A DNA stretch of 64,000 nucleotides, from the NCBI GenBank assembly GCA_013265495.1, contig MU058337.1, forward strand, positions 6,182,716 to 6,246,715, read 5' to 3'. Shown here piece after piece: positions 13,458 through 26,420 of this stretch. The stretch's first letter is position 1; each line of letters begins with the position of its first letter. A program made the position numbers and the translations under genes. This stretch comes from Vicugna vicugna. Its lineage: Eukaryota. Below the pieces are notes generated by a model. The model was not told the DNA's origin, did no database searches, and saw only the letters and a program-made list of their open reading frames with translations.

Positions 13458-15194
13458 GAATAAAGAGAAGAAAGACTATAATGAGAAAAAGAGAGAACAG
13501 AGTTGGAAGAAAAGAGTTGAGCCCACAAGGAATCAAAGGTAAAGTCACTAATTTTCTTCCCCAAGAGTAAGAGATAGGGTAATAGGGTACCCAGCAGAGA
13601 CACTAATTTAAAAGTGAATTATATATTGAAGATTCATGAAATTCAAGGAATCTAAGACTGAGATTTGCTAATTTCTGACCAATTGACAGAAGTTTCATTG
13701 ATAAGCAAAAGAAGAAAATTCATACTTACCAGTTACCACAAAGTTCCCTTAACAGAATCTAATAAGCAACAGAACAATTCTTTTTTAAATTTATTACAGA
13801 ATATGATGGTGATGTAGTTTTTAAATTTCCCAAATCCACCCAAACAGACAAACTAGGGTAACAAAACTAAAAAGCATTAAGTAACACCTACAACAAAACT
13901 AAGTGGCAAGCTATACCCACAAACATTAAAAAAGAAGTGGGTAGGAAAAAACACAAGAAGCCACAAGAGCTGGAAATTATCAGCATTTGTGAGGGAGAAA
14001 GCAGATAGAAGCAAGGGTATCCGATAAGCTAAGAAAATGGAAACAGCAAAAAAATCAGCAAGGGGACAGAATAAAGGTTCACACTGTGAGAAACTGCAGG
14101 AAGTAGAATCCAAATTGACCAATACAGGGATGTGAGGGCAAAAGGAAAAGAAGGTCCAGATAAAAAGTTAAGCCAAGAGATCTCAGAAAGTACAAGGTAA
14201 TATTTCTGAACATTTTGTAAAAACAATAGGACAGGGAGCTTTACACTGTAAATCTACAGAAGTTATCCTGACTGATTCCTTCCACCTGAAAGTTAGGCAC
14301 ACTAATTTTATATGAAAATGAATAACAAAAAGGGAGGCAGTCACATCTCTAAGTTATTATGAGGAAAAAGATGTTAGGAAAACATCAATAACATTCCTAA
14401 AGACAATGAAAGCAGACCTTAAAAATTGCCCACAGAATAGATAAAAACCACAAACTAGTAATTCAAAATGAACTAAAACAAATTAACAAAATAACAGAAG
14501 ATTTGAGAGAACAGCATGAATAAAAATTAGAAGAAATAAAAACGGAGATGACAGAATTCAGGAAAAAACAACAAATATAAATAAAAAATTAATTTCAGAA
14601 ATGAAGATTACATTAGAAATAGCATAAAAGTAAATACCAAAAAAAAACCTTATAGAAATAGAAGGTGAAATAAGAAAAAAAATTTAATCAAAAAGAAATT
14701 AAGAAAGTGATTTTTAAAGACTTGAGAAAAAGTGACAGATGGTCATAGAGACCCCAAAGAAGAAAACCAAAACAACAGAGAACAAAGGCAAAAGATAGTT
14801 CAAGAAAAAAGTCATTTTTTTCTCATTAGGAAAGCTAAGTTATATATTGAAAAGGTTGACTGCATATCTAAGAAAATCAACTCAGAACAACCAACTCCAA
14901 GACACAATTTAGTAAAACTACTAAACATGTAAGAAGAAAAAACAAATACACTGAGTGCCTAAGCAAAAATATGTCTGGGATTTACTTCATAATAATCTGA
15001 AGTTAGGGACAGTGGTTGGGAGAATAAATGAAACAAGGCTGACCATGAGTTGATAATCATTCTACTATTAGAAATAAAGTGAAACAGGGACCTTCTGGCT
15101 CTAGCATGATCAAATAACTTGTCCTGGACTAACACTTCCACAAAACAGGTAACTATAAACTACACAAAATATTTAAAAGAAATGTGTAGCAACA

Positions 15195-15860
15195 TTGTTG
15201 GTGACCCACCTAGATCTCCTTGGATCTCTTTCCCCAGGCCTGTGTACCCAACTGCCAGCAACTAAATACGTCGTTGCTAACAGGTCATACCTGTAGCCTC
15301 TAGAGTATGCATTCTCCACCAGGGCAATTATGGTTCTTGGGGAGCAAAAAAAACCCTAAACTTACTCTTTCCATGTATAAAGAACAGATAAAAATAAAAT
15401 ATATAAACAGATATACAGTATATTTATGGTAATAAAATTCCATGGGAGGTGATTAGGAAAAAAATGTCTAAGAAGGCTAACTAAGGGTTGAGAAACAATG
15501 TTTTAAAGTATTGTGCATGGGCACTAGAGTTGTTTTGCTGCTGAGGAGAACTAAAAGTGCTTGAAAGTGTGACATTCCCTAGGATGGACCATAGCCAATG
15601 ACTGACTACTGTGGGAATACAAAACCTCAACTCCTTTGCTTCAGGGTAAGATGAACTCTACGGTTGTAACTGATGTTTCAGAGTATGCTAGAAATGAGGT
15701 TGAGTCTGGATCTTCACTGTACCTTCCTTGGCTTCTTCCCCTTCTATATCCTGCTTTTCCCACTCTCTTAATAGTTTATCTAGGAAGCACTTTATTAATT
15801 AATCATTCTATCCAAATGCTTGGTTCAGATTCTACTTCTGGAAGAATCCAACCTAAAACA
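15195..15860 (+). mobile_element. LTR16-like ERVL LTR interrupted by a hAT-Charlie fragment (~15315-15500)
   Basis: agccaatgactgac..ctcctttgcttcaggg..ttctggaagaatccaacctaaaaca; internal terminal-repeat-like gttgagaaacaatg. Confidence 0.55.
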
Positions 15861-16812
15861 AATTGTTTAAAGCAAATGGAAAGCAAAAAACAAAGCAGGA
15901 CTTAAAGTTTATGAACAACCAGAGAATGATGGCACGTGAGGATCAAGATGATGCACTGATGTTCTATCTGCCAGAAAAATGAGTACAATTTGTCATCTAC
16001 AATGTCCAGATCCAACCAAAACATGCTGGGTTAAAAAAGGACCATATTATCAAAAAGCAGGAGAAGAAACTCAGACAACAGGGAAAGAGCTGTAGGTGAA
16101 TTCGATTTGGGAATTATTAGACAAGGACTTTAAAACATCTATGATTTATTTTCAAGAGAAGAAAGGATAAAGAATTTCACTGAAGAATAGAAATCTATAT
16201 ATTTTAAAAGTCAAATGGAAGTCCTATAATAGAAAGTGATTATATCTGAAATTAATAATTCAATTCATGGGTTTTAAATCAGATTAAACACAACAGAACA
16301 ATTAGTGAAATGGAGAACAAGTCAGTGTATCAAACTGAAGCAGAGTAAAAAAGATGGAAAACACATAAAAGAGCATAAGAGACATATGAAACATGATGGA
16401 AAGGTCTAACATCCATGTAATTGGAGTTGAAGAAACAGAGGAGAGAAAGAATGGAACAGAAGCAATATGTGAAGAAACAGTAGACAAAAATTTTCCAAAA
16501 CTGATGGAAATTATTAAACTACATATCCAAGATGCTCTACAAATCTCAAACTAGACACGGAGAAAACCACAGCTAAGAATATGAAAGTCAAACTGAAGAA
16601 AATCAAATATTTTCTTAAATTTTAAAAAAAATCTTAAAAACGGAAAGATTAAAATGACATATTGCTTTCAAAGGGGCAACAATAAGTTTGAAGGTTAACT
16701 TTTCAAAAGAAATTATGGAAGTCAGCAGTCAATGAAATGACATTTCTAAAGTGCTGAAAGAAAAAACAATTCTGTATCAGCAAAAATAAAGGCAAAATAA
16801 AGATGTTTTCAA

Positions 16813-17859
16813 CTCAAATGGACTAAAGACTTAAATGCAAGACCCTAAACTATAAAACTCCTAGGAAAAAAATAAAATAAAAGATAGATTACACTGGATT
16901 GGCACTAATTTCTTGGATCTGACCCAAAAGGCACAGCAACAAAAGCAAAACTAAACAAACAAGATTATGTCAAACTTAAAAACTTCTGAGCATCAAAGAA
17001 CACAATCAACAGAGTGAAAAGACAGCCTATAGAATGGAGAAAATATCTGACAATTATATATCTGATAGAAGATTAATATCCAGATTATATAAAGAACTCC
17101 CACAACTCAACAACAAAAAAATAACTCAGGTCAAAAATGAGCAAAGAACTTGAATAGATGCTTCTCCAAAGATGATATACAAAGGGCCAATAAGCATATG
17201 AAAAAATGCTCAACATCACTAATCATAGAGAAATGAAAACTAAAAACAATAATGTATCACTTCAAAACCATTACAATTATTATCAAAAACAAAAACAAAA
17301 CTGAAAATAACAAATACTGTTGAGGATGTGGAAAATCTGGAACCTTTGTGCACTGTTGGTAGGAATGGAAATGGTGCAGCCATTATGGAAAACAGTATGG
17401 CAATTCATCAAAAAATCAAAAATAGATTGAAAAATATGAAAGTAGAATGTCAAAGAGATATGTGCACATACATGTTCACAGCAGCATTATTCAAATGGCT
17501 AATAAGTAGAAGCAACCCTAATGTCTATCAAAAGATGAATAGATAAACAAAATGTGGTATATACATAGAACAGAGTATTATTCAGTTTGGGAAAAAAAAA
17601 TCCTATCCCAAGTTACAACATGGGTGCCCTTGAGGACATTATGCCAAGTGAAATAAACCAGCCACAAAAGGATAAATACTGTATGAAGGACTAGAGTCAA
17701 GGGAAATGGACAGTTGTTTAATGGGTATAGAGATTCTGTTCTGGAGATCCATCACACAGCAATGTGAGTATACTTAACACTATTAAACTGTACACTTAAA
17801 TATGAGAGAGGTGGTAAATTTTATGCTGTGTTTTTTACTGTAACTAAAAAAAGTTTTTA
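16813..17859 (+). mobile_element. L1MB-like 3' fragment
   Basis: ORF2 end and 3'UTR (tgtacacttaaa..ggtaaattttatg); apparent TSD atgttttcaa at 16803-16812 and 17860-17869. Confidence 0.85.
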
Positions 17860-19139
17860 ATGTTTTCAAATGAAATTTGATATATGTAAACTTAATTTTT
17901 AAGAAATAATCAAGAGAGTTATTCAAGTTGAAAGAACATAACCTCAGATGAAAGAATAAAACTGCTGGAAGAGATAAAGAGGTAAAATATACTGATAAAT
18001 TTAAATATGTTAAGGTTCATTATATAGGTAAGTGTAAGTAAATGTTGATTGCTTAAAATAACAACAATAAAATCTGTGGAACTTAAAAAAAAGGAAGAAA
18101 GATGACAATAGTACAAAAAGCAGGAAGAGGTAAAGAAGTTAAGACTGTTATGAATCTGTGTTCTTCAAAGTACTAAGAAGTAGACTATACTAAGTTAAGG
18201 ATATATGTTATAATTTCTAGGGTGACCACAGAAAAAGTAATAAGAAGTTATAAGTAAAAGGAGAATAGAAGAGAAAAACAGATTAATGCAAATTTTTCAT
18301 TAATGTAAAGGAAGGCAGGAAAGAAGAAACAAAGAGACAAAAAACAGAAAACCAACAGAATGAAACTCAATTATAATAGTAACTATAGCACATGTAAAAC
18401 GACTACATAGTCCAATTCAAAGACAAAGATTTTTATATTGGATAAAAATATGCTATATTCTATTTACATGTTTAAATATAAAAACATACATTGAAAGAGA
18501 AAGTACCAAAAAAGCATGCAAACACTAGCTAAAATAAAGCTGGTATGGTCATATTAATATCTGACAAGTAGACTTTTTTTAAATCATGAAAGTGATCTTA
18601 ACTTATTTCAAATAAAATTAAAACATATAAAAGAAATAGCTAAAAAATTACAGTTAATAGTTAAATAGTAAATAGTTTAAAAACTACTCAGCAAAAGGTT
18701 TTTTAAAAAGCTAATTAAGCCATTCTCTTTTTGAGGATTCATAAACAAACATAATCGAATATACATAAAATATTATATGGTACAACATATAAAGAACTTT
18801 ATCTATGGAAATGGCTGTACTCTTTCCTTCACTTTAGCAAATCCATCTTTCTATGGTTATAAAATTGATTTCTGATCATGATATGGATCAGCCAGATGAG
18901 GGAAAATAGTATATATTTTTTTCCTTCTTTTTATTTTGAGATATGATAAGCAGACTTTAAGGTAAAAAGAACTAGAAATAAACTAGAAATAAAGAGGGAT
19001 GCTAGTAATGATAAAAGAACCAATTACAATGAATTATATAACAAATCTAATTTATATTCTCCAATAAAAATCCTTTATTAGATATTTTGTACATACTTTC
19101 TCCCAACTACTGGCTAGTCTTTCATTTTCTAAAGTTTCT

Positions 19140-19530
19140 TTTTAAATAACAGCTTTATTGAATTTTTTTTGTAGTCACTGATTTTATTTTATTTATTTAT
19201 TTATTTATTTATAAGTATAGTCAGTTTACAATGTTGGGTCAATTTTTGGTGTACAGCATGAATTTAAATTCAAATACCATCCGATTTAGCTTTTAAAGTG
19301 TACAATTCAAAGCTTTTTTTATTATATTCACAGACTTGTGCGATCATCACCACAATCAATTTCAGAACGTAGTCATCACCCCCTCCAAAAAACTTTATAC
19401 CCATTAGCAGTCATGCACACACCCCACTTCAATCCTTAGTCCTAGGGATTCACTAATCTATTTTCTGTGTACAGATTTGCCTCTTATGAACTTTTCATAT
19501 AAATGGAATCATACAATATGTGGTGCTTGT
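19140..19530 (-). mobile_element. L1MB 3' end with a tiny younger L1 tail nested at ~19165-19258
   Basis: aacagctttattga..tttaaagtgtacaattca; nested (TTTA)n-agtatagtcagtttacaatgttg. Confidence 0.75.
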
Positions 19531-20599
19531 GATCCAATTACAGCATCAGGCTCAAAGTCCAATGTCTGTGATCTAGATCAGATCCGGTGCAGCTCTTTTG
19601 GTGTGGCTGCTCAAGACTCATGAACTAAAATCATCTGCCTCTCATACACCCAACATGCAACAGTGAGACATGGAAAGGATAACCACAATAAAGAGTCATA
19701 TCATATAGAGGAAGAATGGGAAACATATGACAGTTATTTGGTCACAGCCATTTTGGAATTTAGCTAGGCAATGTTGCCAGGATCTTCTGCTCTAGTGGCA
19801 GAGAATGTTCCTTAATTAGGATCCTGTTTTTCTCCTTGGGAGTGGCTCCTAGTCTATTGTTCTGTACTGCCCTTCGCTATATAGACTCAGATCCTGGGCA
19901 GATACTCCCCATGGAAACAGCTGTAAGTGTGTGTCCCCTGTGCTTCTTCCCCATCCCCCTTCAAACTCCCATCTGTTCAGTGTTCCCCACTCCCCATCTT
20001 GTTTAAGATTCTTATTAAGCAAGCTCTCCTGGGATATTCATGATATCAGAAAAGTAGGCAAACTAAATTACTTATCCTTCATAATGGTTATTATTTAAAA
20101 TAGGATTTATACACACACACTTTCAAAACACCTGCTAAAAAAAGGAGAGTAGCTACAAGTCAGGCTATATAATACGCCATATAACTCAGCAGGTGGCTTA
20201 GAACACCAATAAGCAGTTAGTTGAAGAATCCTGAATATCCTGTGCAGTCAGAACCCAGTTAAAGCCTATTGTAATTTACTTCCTAGAATAATCACATTGG
20301 GCCTTCCCTCAAAGCCATTTTCTTCAAAGGGTGGTGGAAAATGAGAAATGCTATCCATTTCAAGTCCTACAGCACCCTCACATACATTCTACAATATTCA
20401 TTTAGTGTTTACAGAAATAAGTTTCTCCTACCCTACCTCTTTACTTGGCTCTCCTCATCTCCTGCTTGTCTTCTAGTATGAAGCAGCAACAGATTTCAGC
20501 TCACAGTGACAGCTTCCCCTATTAAAACCACGACCACCACCCTGAACAAGCAAGATTCAAGGGATGCAATTAGAAGGTAATTTTACTTATGTTCATTGT

Positions 20600-22650
20600 G
20601 TCCTCTTCAATTTTTTCCCAGAAATGACCCTTAAGTATATGAAAAGACACATACCTTCTCTCATAAGAAAGATGCAAAATAAAATTATGTCGAGATGCCA
20701 TTCCTCACCTACCAAATTGGCAAAATTCCAAGAGATTAAAATGCATTGTTATTGAAGCTTTCAGAAAACAAGCACTCTCATACATTGCTGGTGGAATTTA
20801 CAAGGGTACAACTTCCAAGGAGGGTCTTTTGGCACATTTACCAAAACTGAAAATGCATTTACCTTTGACCCAGAAATTCCACTTTTAGATATGAGTCCCA
20901 CAGATATCCTTGTGTATGTAACCTGTACATGTACAAATTTACACACACACACACACACATAATTTTTCTCTGCATCATTGTCTGTAATAGTGAAAGAGTG
21001 GATAAAACCCAAGTATCCAATGGTAGGGAACAGGTTGAGTATACCACAGTATATCCATATTATGGAATATTATGTAGCTATTAAAGAGAATGAGGGAGAT
21101 CTCTGTGTACTAATATATAGAAAGATTTCTGGGAAATATTGTGAAGTCAAAAAAAATACAAGGGGACTTCACAGAAAATATCCAAGAATACACCCCTCTA
21201 ACCTAAACAACTACTGAACCAGCAGTAACTATCTGACGGTAACTATTTTGAAAATCTGGAGTTTAGTCAAACACTTGCAACATTCAGGGCAGAGCTTGAC
21301 AAAGAGGTTGGTAAATTTTGGTGAATTTTAACCTTTTGCATATCATACCTCAGCCCTACAACAGGCAGCCTTAGGTACAGCAGCTCAGATTCAACAATGA
21401 TTTGTTGGATGTGATACCAAAAGCACAGACAATAACAACAAAAATAGATAAATAGGACTTCATCAAAATTGAACTTTTGTACAGCAGAGTACAAAGACAT
21501 TGAGAGAGTAAAAAGACAACCCACAGAATGAGGGAAAATATTTGGAAATTATATCTCTGATAAGGGGTTAATATCCAGAATATATAAAGAACTCCTGCAA
21601 CTCAGTAACACAAAACAACCAACCCAATTCAGAAATAAAGAACCTGAATAGACATTTCTCCAGAGAAAACATACAACTGGCCAACGGTTCATGAAAAGGC
21701 ACATCATTAGTCAGTAGGAAATGCAAATCAAAACCTCAATGATAGGGCACTTCACACACATTAGGACGGCTATTATCAAAAACAAACAAACAGAAAATAA
21801 GTATTAGATGTAGAGAAATTGGAACTCTCCTGCATTGCTGGGAATGTAAAATGGTACAGCCACTATGAAAAACAGTTTGGCAGTCCATCAAAAAGGTAAA
21901 CATAAAATTACCACATGATCCATCAACTCTGTTGCTTGGTATACACCTCAAAGAAGTGAAAACAGGGACTAGAACAGATATTTGTACACCTGTATTCATA
22001 GCAGCATTATTCACAAGAGCCAAAAGGTACAAAAGAAACAAATGTCCAGCAACAGATGAATGCACAAACAAAACATGGTGTATACACACAATGGAGTATT
22101 AGTCACCCGTAAAAAGTAAGGAAATTCTGACATATGCTACAGCATGGATGAAACATGCTAAGTGAAATAAGCAAATCACAAACAGCTAAATATTGGATAT
22201 GGAGAAACTGAAGCCTTTTTGCATTGCTGGTCAGAATGTAAAATGGTGCAGCCACTGTAAAAAAAAGTTTGGCAGTTCCTCAAAAAGGTAAGCATAGAGT
22301 TACCAAATGATCCACCACCATTCCACTTATAGGTTAAAATGGTAAATTTTACATTATGTATGTTTTACAGCAATTTTTTTAAAAAGAAAGAAAAGTTCTG
22401 AAAGGTACGCTATGTTTTTTGTTTGTAACAAATAGGGGCATGAGATTCATAGTTGCTTACATTTGCATAAAGAAATACTGAGACAAGAAACACATAAAAA
22501 TGTTTACCTGTAAGAGGAGAATGTCAATTGGGTAGATGAGGACAGATGTGAGATTTGTCAGTGTACACAATTCATATCATTTCTATTTTAAATCATGTAA
22601 TGTATTACCTACTCGAAAATGAATAAATTTTTCAAACAAGTAAATAAATA
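20600..22650 (+). mobile_element. Old L1ME-like 3' end containing a nested L1MB-like element (~21162-22390)
   Basis: L1 ORF2-end motifs (atggtacagccactatgaaaaacagtttggcag, agcagcattattcacaa). Confidence 0.8.
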
Positions 22651-24796
22651 AAATCTATTCAGACATTTATTCAGAAATTCTTCCCTGTCCCTCAGTGAAA
22701 ACGAAAGTAGTCACATGACTTTTTGAGCATTCTTACATAATTAAAGGTCCTGTAGTTACTTTAAATGACAAACATAGTCTCAATTCTATTTTAAATAAAA
22801 ATGTTTGATCCCATAAAATAATGAGAGCTTCAGAGTTAACTTAATGTTAGATCTTATCCTGTCTCACAGATGACCTCTACAGTGGGCTCACCCCTTTCAG
22901 TGACAGAGGGGAGCATGGCCCTTTCCCCCTCTTTCAGTGTCTACCCTTCCTCACTGGAATTTTACTAACCTTCCTATCTGACCCACCCCACTCTACCCAG
23001 AGAGGAGAGAAACGTTCTTATTTTATCAGTGAAGTCGTGAGATGGTTTCACGCTTTCTGTGCCTGCAGATCTTTAAAACTCTTTCTCTTTGGGGGCTCTT
23101 CATGAGTCTCAGGCAATACCTCCCACAAATCATTGGATTCTCACCTGTAGTTCTGTTGACCTACAAGGATGCACTCTATTCCAAGTAGCTTATTCACTCC
23201 TAACCACTGGAAATTCAATGGAACTCTGCCAAATTTACCTCTATGAGCCCATTCACTCTCCATGGCCTTCAGGTCAGGTTATGCAATGACCCCAAACAGA
23301 CTCGTTCACATCCTGTTCGTGGGAAACACTCATGCACTGATTGCCTAACAAACTCTGGGAAAATGGGCTGATTCCAATCTACTGGGTACTCTCCTTGCAA
23401 GCAAAGAAGCAGGCCAACTCCTCCCTTGAACTCTAGATTTCCATAAAGAGTCAGACATCAGTGAATTGTGACTTGATAACTTCAGAGGACATACATTAAG
23501 TTTTCCAAGTGGCCTCTTTCTTTTGACTTCAGGTGAGGGAGATATATATGTCACATGCCTACTTCTCTCCATTGAGAGAGGAACAGAGTTCAACACTCAC
23601 CAACAGTTCTCTCCAAATAAATCCTTTTAATAATTCCTCTCCCTTAGAGTGGAGAAACTGCAACACCTTGGCCAAATGATCAAAATTCATACAAGCAGTG
23701 AGAGCCAGATAAATATGTACCTCAAGATCTGATAACTCTGAGAAAAATGTATCATTTGTTTAGCATTTTGACTAGGAATCAGAAACAAAATATACTCAGG
23801 AGAAAACAGTAAACCAACTCAAAATGAGAAATGTTCTCTTAAAACAAAAAATAATTTTACAGTATTCTTCAAAACTATCAGTGTTATAGAAGACAAAGAA
23901 AGGCTCAGGAACTATTCCAGATAAAAGAAACTAAAGAAACAATTAAATGCAATACGTACACTGCAACCTCTAGTGGAGAAAAAAAAACAAATGCTATAAA
24001 GGACATTATTAAGTCAGTTTACAAATTGGAATGTGGATGATACATTATTTTAAAGTATTGTTTCGACGTTAAAATTTCCTAACATTAATAACTGTACTGT
24101 GGTTATGTAACAGAATGTCCTTCTTTTCAAAAAACACAGAATGAAGTAACTGGAGACACATAGGCATGATGCCTGCATCTTGTTCTTATATAATTTAGAA
24201 AAAAATACGGAGAGGGATGATAAATCTCTCTTTAACAAAAAAGCAAGTAACATAAGATGTTATCAGTAAGTGAAACTTGACAAACGATAAACAGGTGTTT
24301 TTTGTACCATTCTTGCAATTTTTATGTAAGTTTGAAAATACTTCCAAATAAAAAGCTTTTTATTAAAAAAAAAAACAAAACTGCTGTCTCTTTTAAGTTT
24401 CCAACAACAGGACTCATTTGTATCTTTGTTAAAGGTAAAGGGACCACAAGACATGTGTCTGATTTTTTAACAAATCCTTTTTTAATCATTTTAATTTAAA
24501 AAAAGCATACAAATAGAAAAGTATATATTATGAAAACTCAGTTTGAAAAATAATAACACAAACACCTGCGCACCTAGGATGCAGCTTACAAAACAGCACT
24601 GGAATCTGTAGGAGCTCCCTCATCCATGCTGGGCCTTTTCCCGGTCACATCCCCATCATTCCACCCTAGGTAATCGCTATCCTGAATTTTGTGATAATCA
24701 TTCAATTCTTTTATTCACGTTTTTATCACATATGATGTAGAGCTTAATAACGTATAATTTAAATGTGCCTCCTTTACATTTTAAACAAATAGAATG

Positions 24797-25145
24797 TGCT
24801 ACGGTCTGAATGGTTGTGTCCCCCCAAAATTCATCTACTGAAATCTATCCCCCAAGGTGATGGCATTAGGAGATGGGGCCTCTGGGTGGTGAATAGGTTA
24901 TGAGTGTGGAGCCCTCGTGAATGGGATTAGGGATCTTATAAAAGAGACCCCCAGACCTCCCTAGCCCCTTATGCCATGTGAGGATATAATGAGAAGTCTG
25001 CAACCAGAAGTGGGCTCTTATTCAACCATGCTGGCACCCTGATCTTTGGCTTCCAGTCTCCAGAACTGTGAGCAATAAATTTCTGCTGCTTATAAGCCAC
25101 CCAGTCTATGGTGTTTTGCTATGGCCGACCGAATAGACTAAGACA
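24797..25145 (+). mobile_element. MaLR LTR (MLT1A-like), full length
   Basis: tgctacggtctgaatggttgtgtccccccaaaattca...aataaatttctg...gactaagaca; TG..CA ends; 5-bp TSD-like gaatg/gaata. Confidence 0.9.
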
Positions 25146-26296
25146 GAATATAATATTTAGTTTAAATGACTTGTTTTGCTCAATACTAAATTTTTGAGAT
25201 TTATTCATACTAATGAATACAGCTAAGGTTCATTAATTTTCATTGCTATAAAATAGATCAATGTATGACTATACTATAATTTGTTTATCCAACTTACTGT
25301 TGATGAACATTGTGTTGCTTCCATGTTTTGGTCATTATAAACAATGTTGTTGTTAGCATTCTTGTATTTGTCTCTTGATCAAATACATACGTGAGCTTTC
25401 TCTGGAGGACATTCTACAACTGGTACTGTTGGTATGCACCATTGTTCAGCTTTACTGTCATGAGTACTTTCAACTATCACTAGATAATGCCAAAAAGTTT
25501 TTCAAAATGATTGTAGCAATTTATCTTCCAACAAGCTGTACATCAGAGATCCTTTTGCTCTACAAAACTTGTCAACATTTGGTACTATCCAAATTAAACA
25601 TTTTTCCATTCTGGTAAATATGAATGATACCTTACTCATTTGCATTTCCCTTGCAACTAGTGAGTCTGACCTCTTCACACATACTTAGGGTCTGTTTGCA
25701 TTTCTCTTTTATGAAATGCCTATTCATATCTTTTGCTTCTTTTTTCCCTATTGGGCTTTTTCTTTTTGATCTGTAAGAATTTTTTTAATACATTCTAGAT
25801 ATCAATCCTTTTTCAATTATAAGTGTTACTAGTATATTCTCCCAGTTTATAGGTTGTATTTTTACTCTTCTTGATGTCTTCTTTTTAACAGAACTTTTTC
25901 ATTGTTATATAATCAAACTGACTAATCTTTCATTCCGAGTTTGAATTTTTTTTTGTTTTGTTATCAGAATCCTTTCTTATCCTGAGGTAATAAAGATACT
26001 GTCTTTTAAAAGTTGTATACCTTCTCCTTTCATATTTAAATCTTTAATTTCCTGGGAGATAATACTTCTATATGGCTTGAGGCAGGGACCTGACTATGAT
26101 TTTTTTCCAATTGGATTGTACTTGGACCATTTTTAAAATAATCATCTTTTCTGCCCACCGACTTACAGTGCTTTTATTGTCCGTGTATATGTATGTGATC
26201 TGATTATGGATTCTATATTCTGGTCTACTGGTCTATTTCTCTATTTCTGTGTTAGTTCAACACTGTCTCAATTACTATACCTGTAGAGTAAATTTT

Positions 26297-26420
26297 TATT
26301 TGGGTGGTTAGGGGGTAATTAGGCATATTTATTTATTTTTAAAATGGAGGTATTGGGAATAGAACCCAGTTCCTTATGCATGCTAGGCATGCACTCTATG
26401 ACTGAGCTATACCCTCCCCC
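26297..26420 (-). mobile_element. tRNA-derived SINE (vic-1-like)
   Basis: Reverse-strand copy; TSD tgtagagtaaatttt at 26282-26296 and 26424-26438. Confidence 0.92.

Larger units (their letters stand above)
13780..19060 (+). mobile_element. Patchwork of old L1M ORF1/ORF2 fragments with nested elements
   Basis: A-rich, with L1 ORF1 motifs (aacatccatgtaattggagt..gaag, gaaatgacatttctaaagtgctgaaag) and the endonuclease motif ggtcatattaatatctgacaa. Confidence 0.7.
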
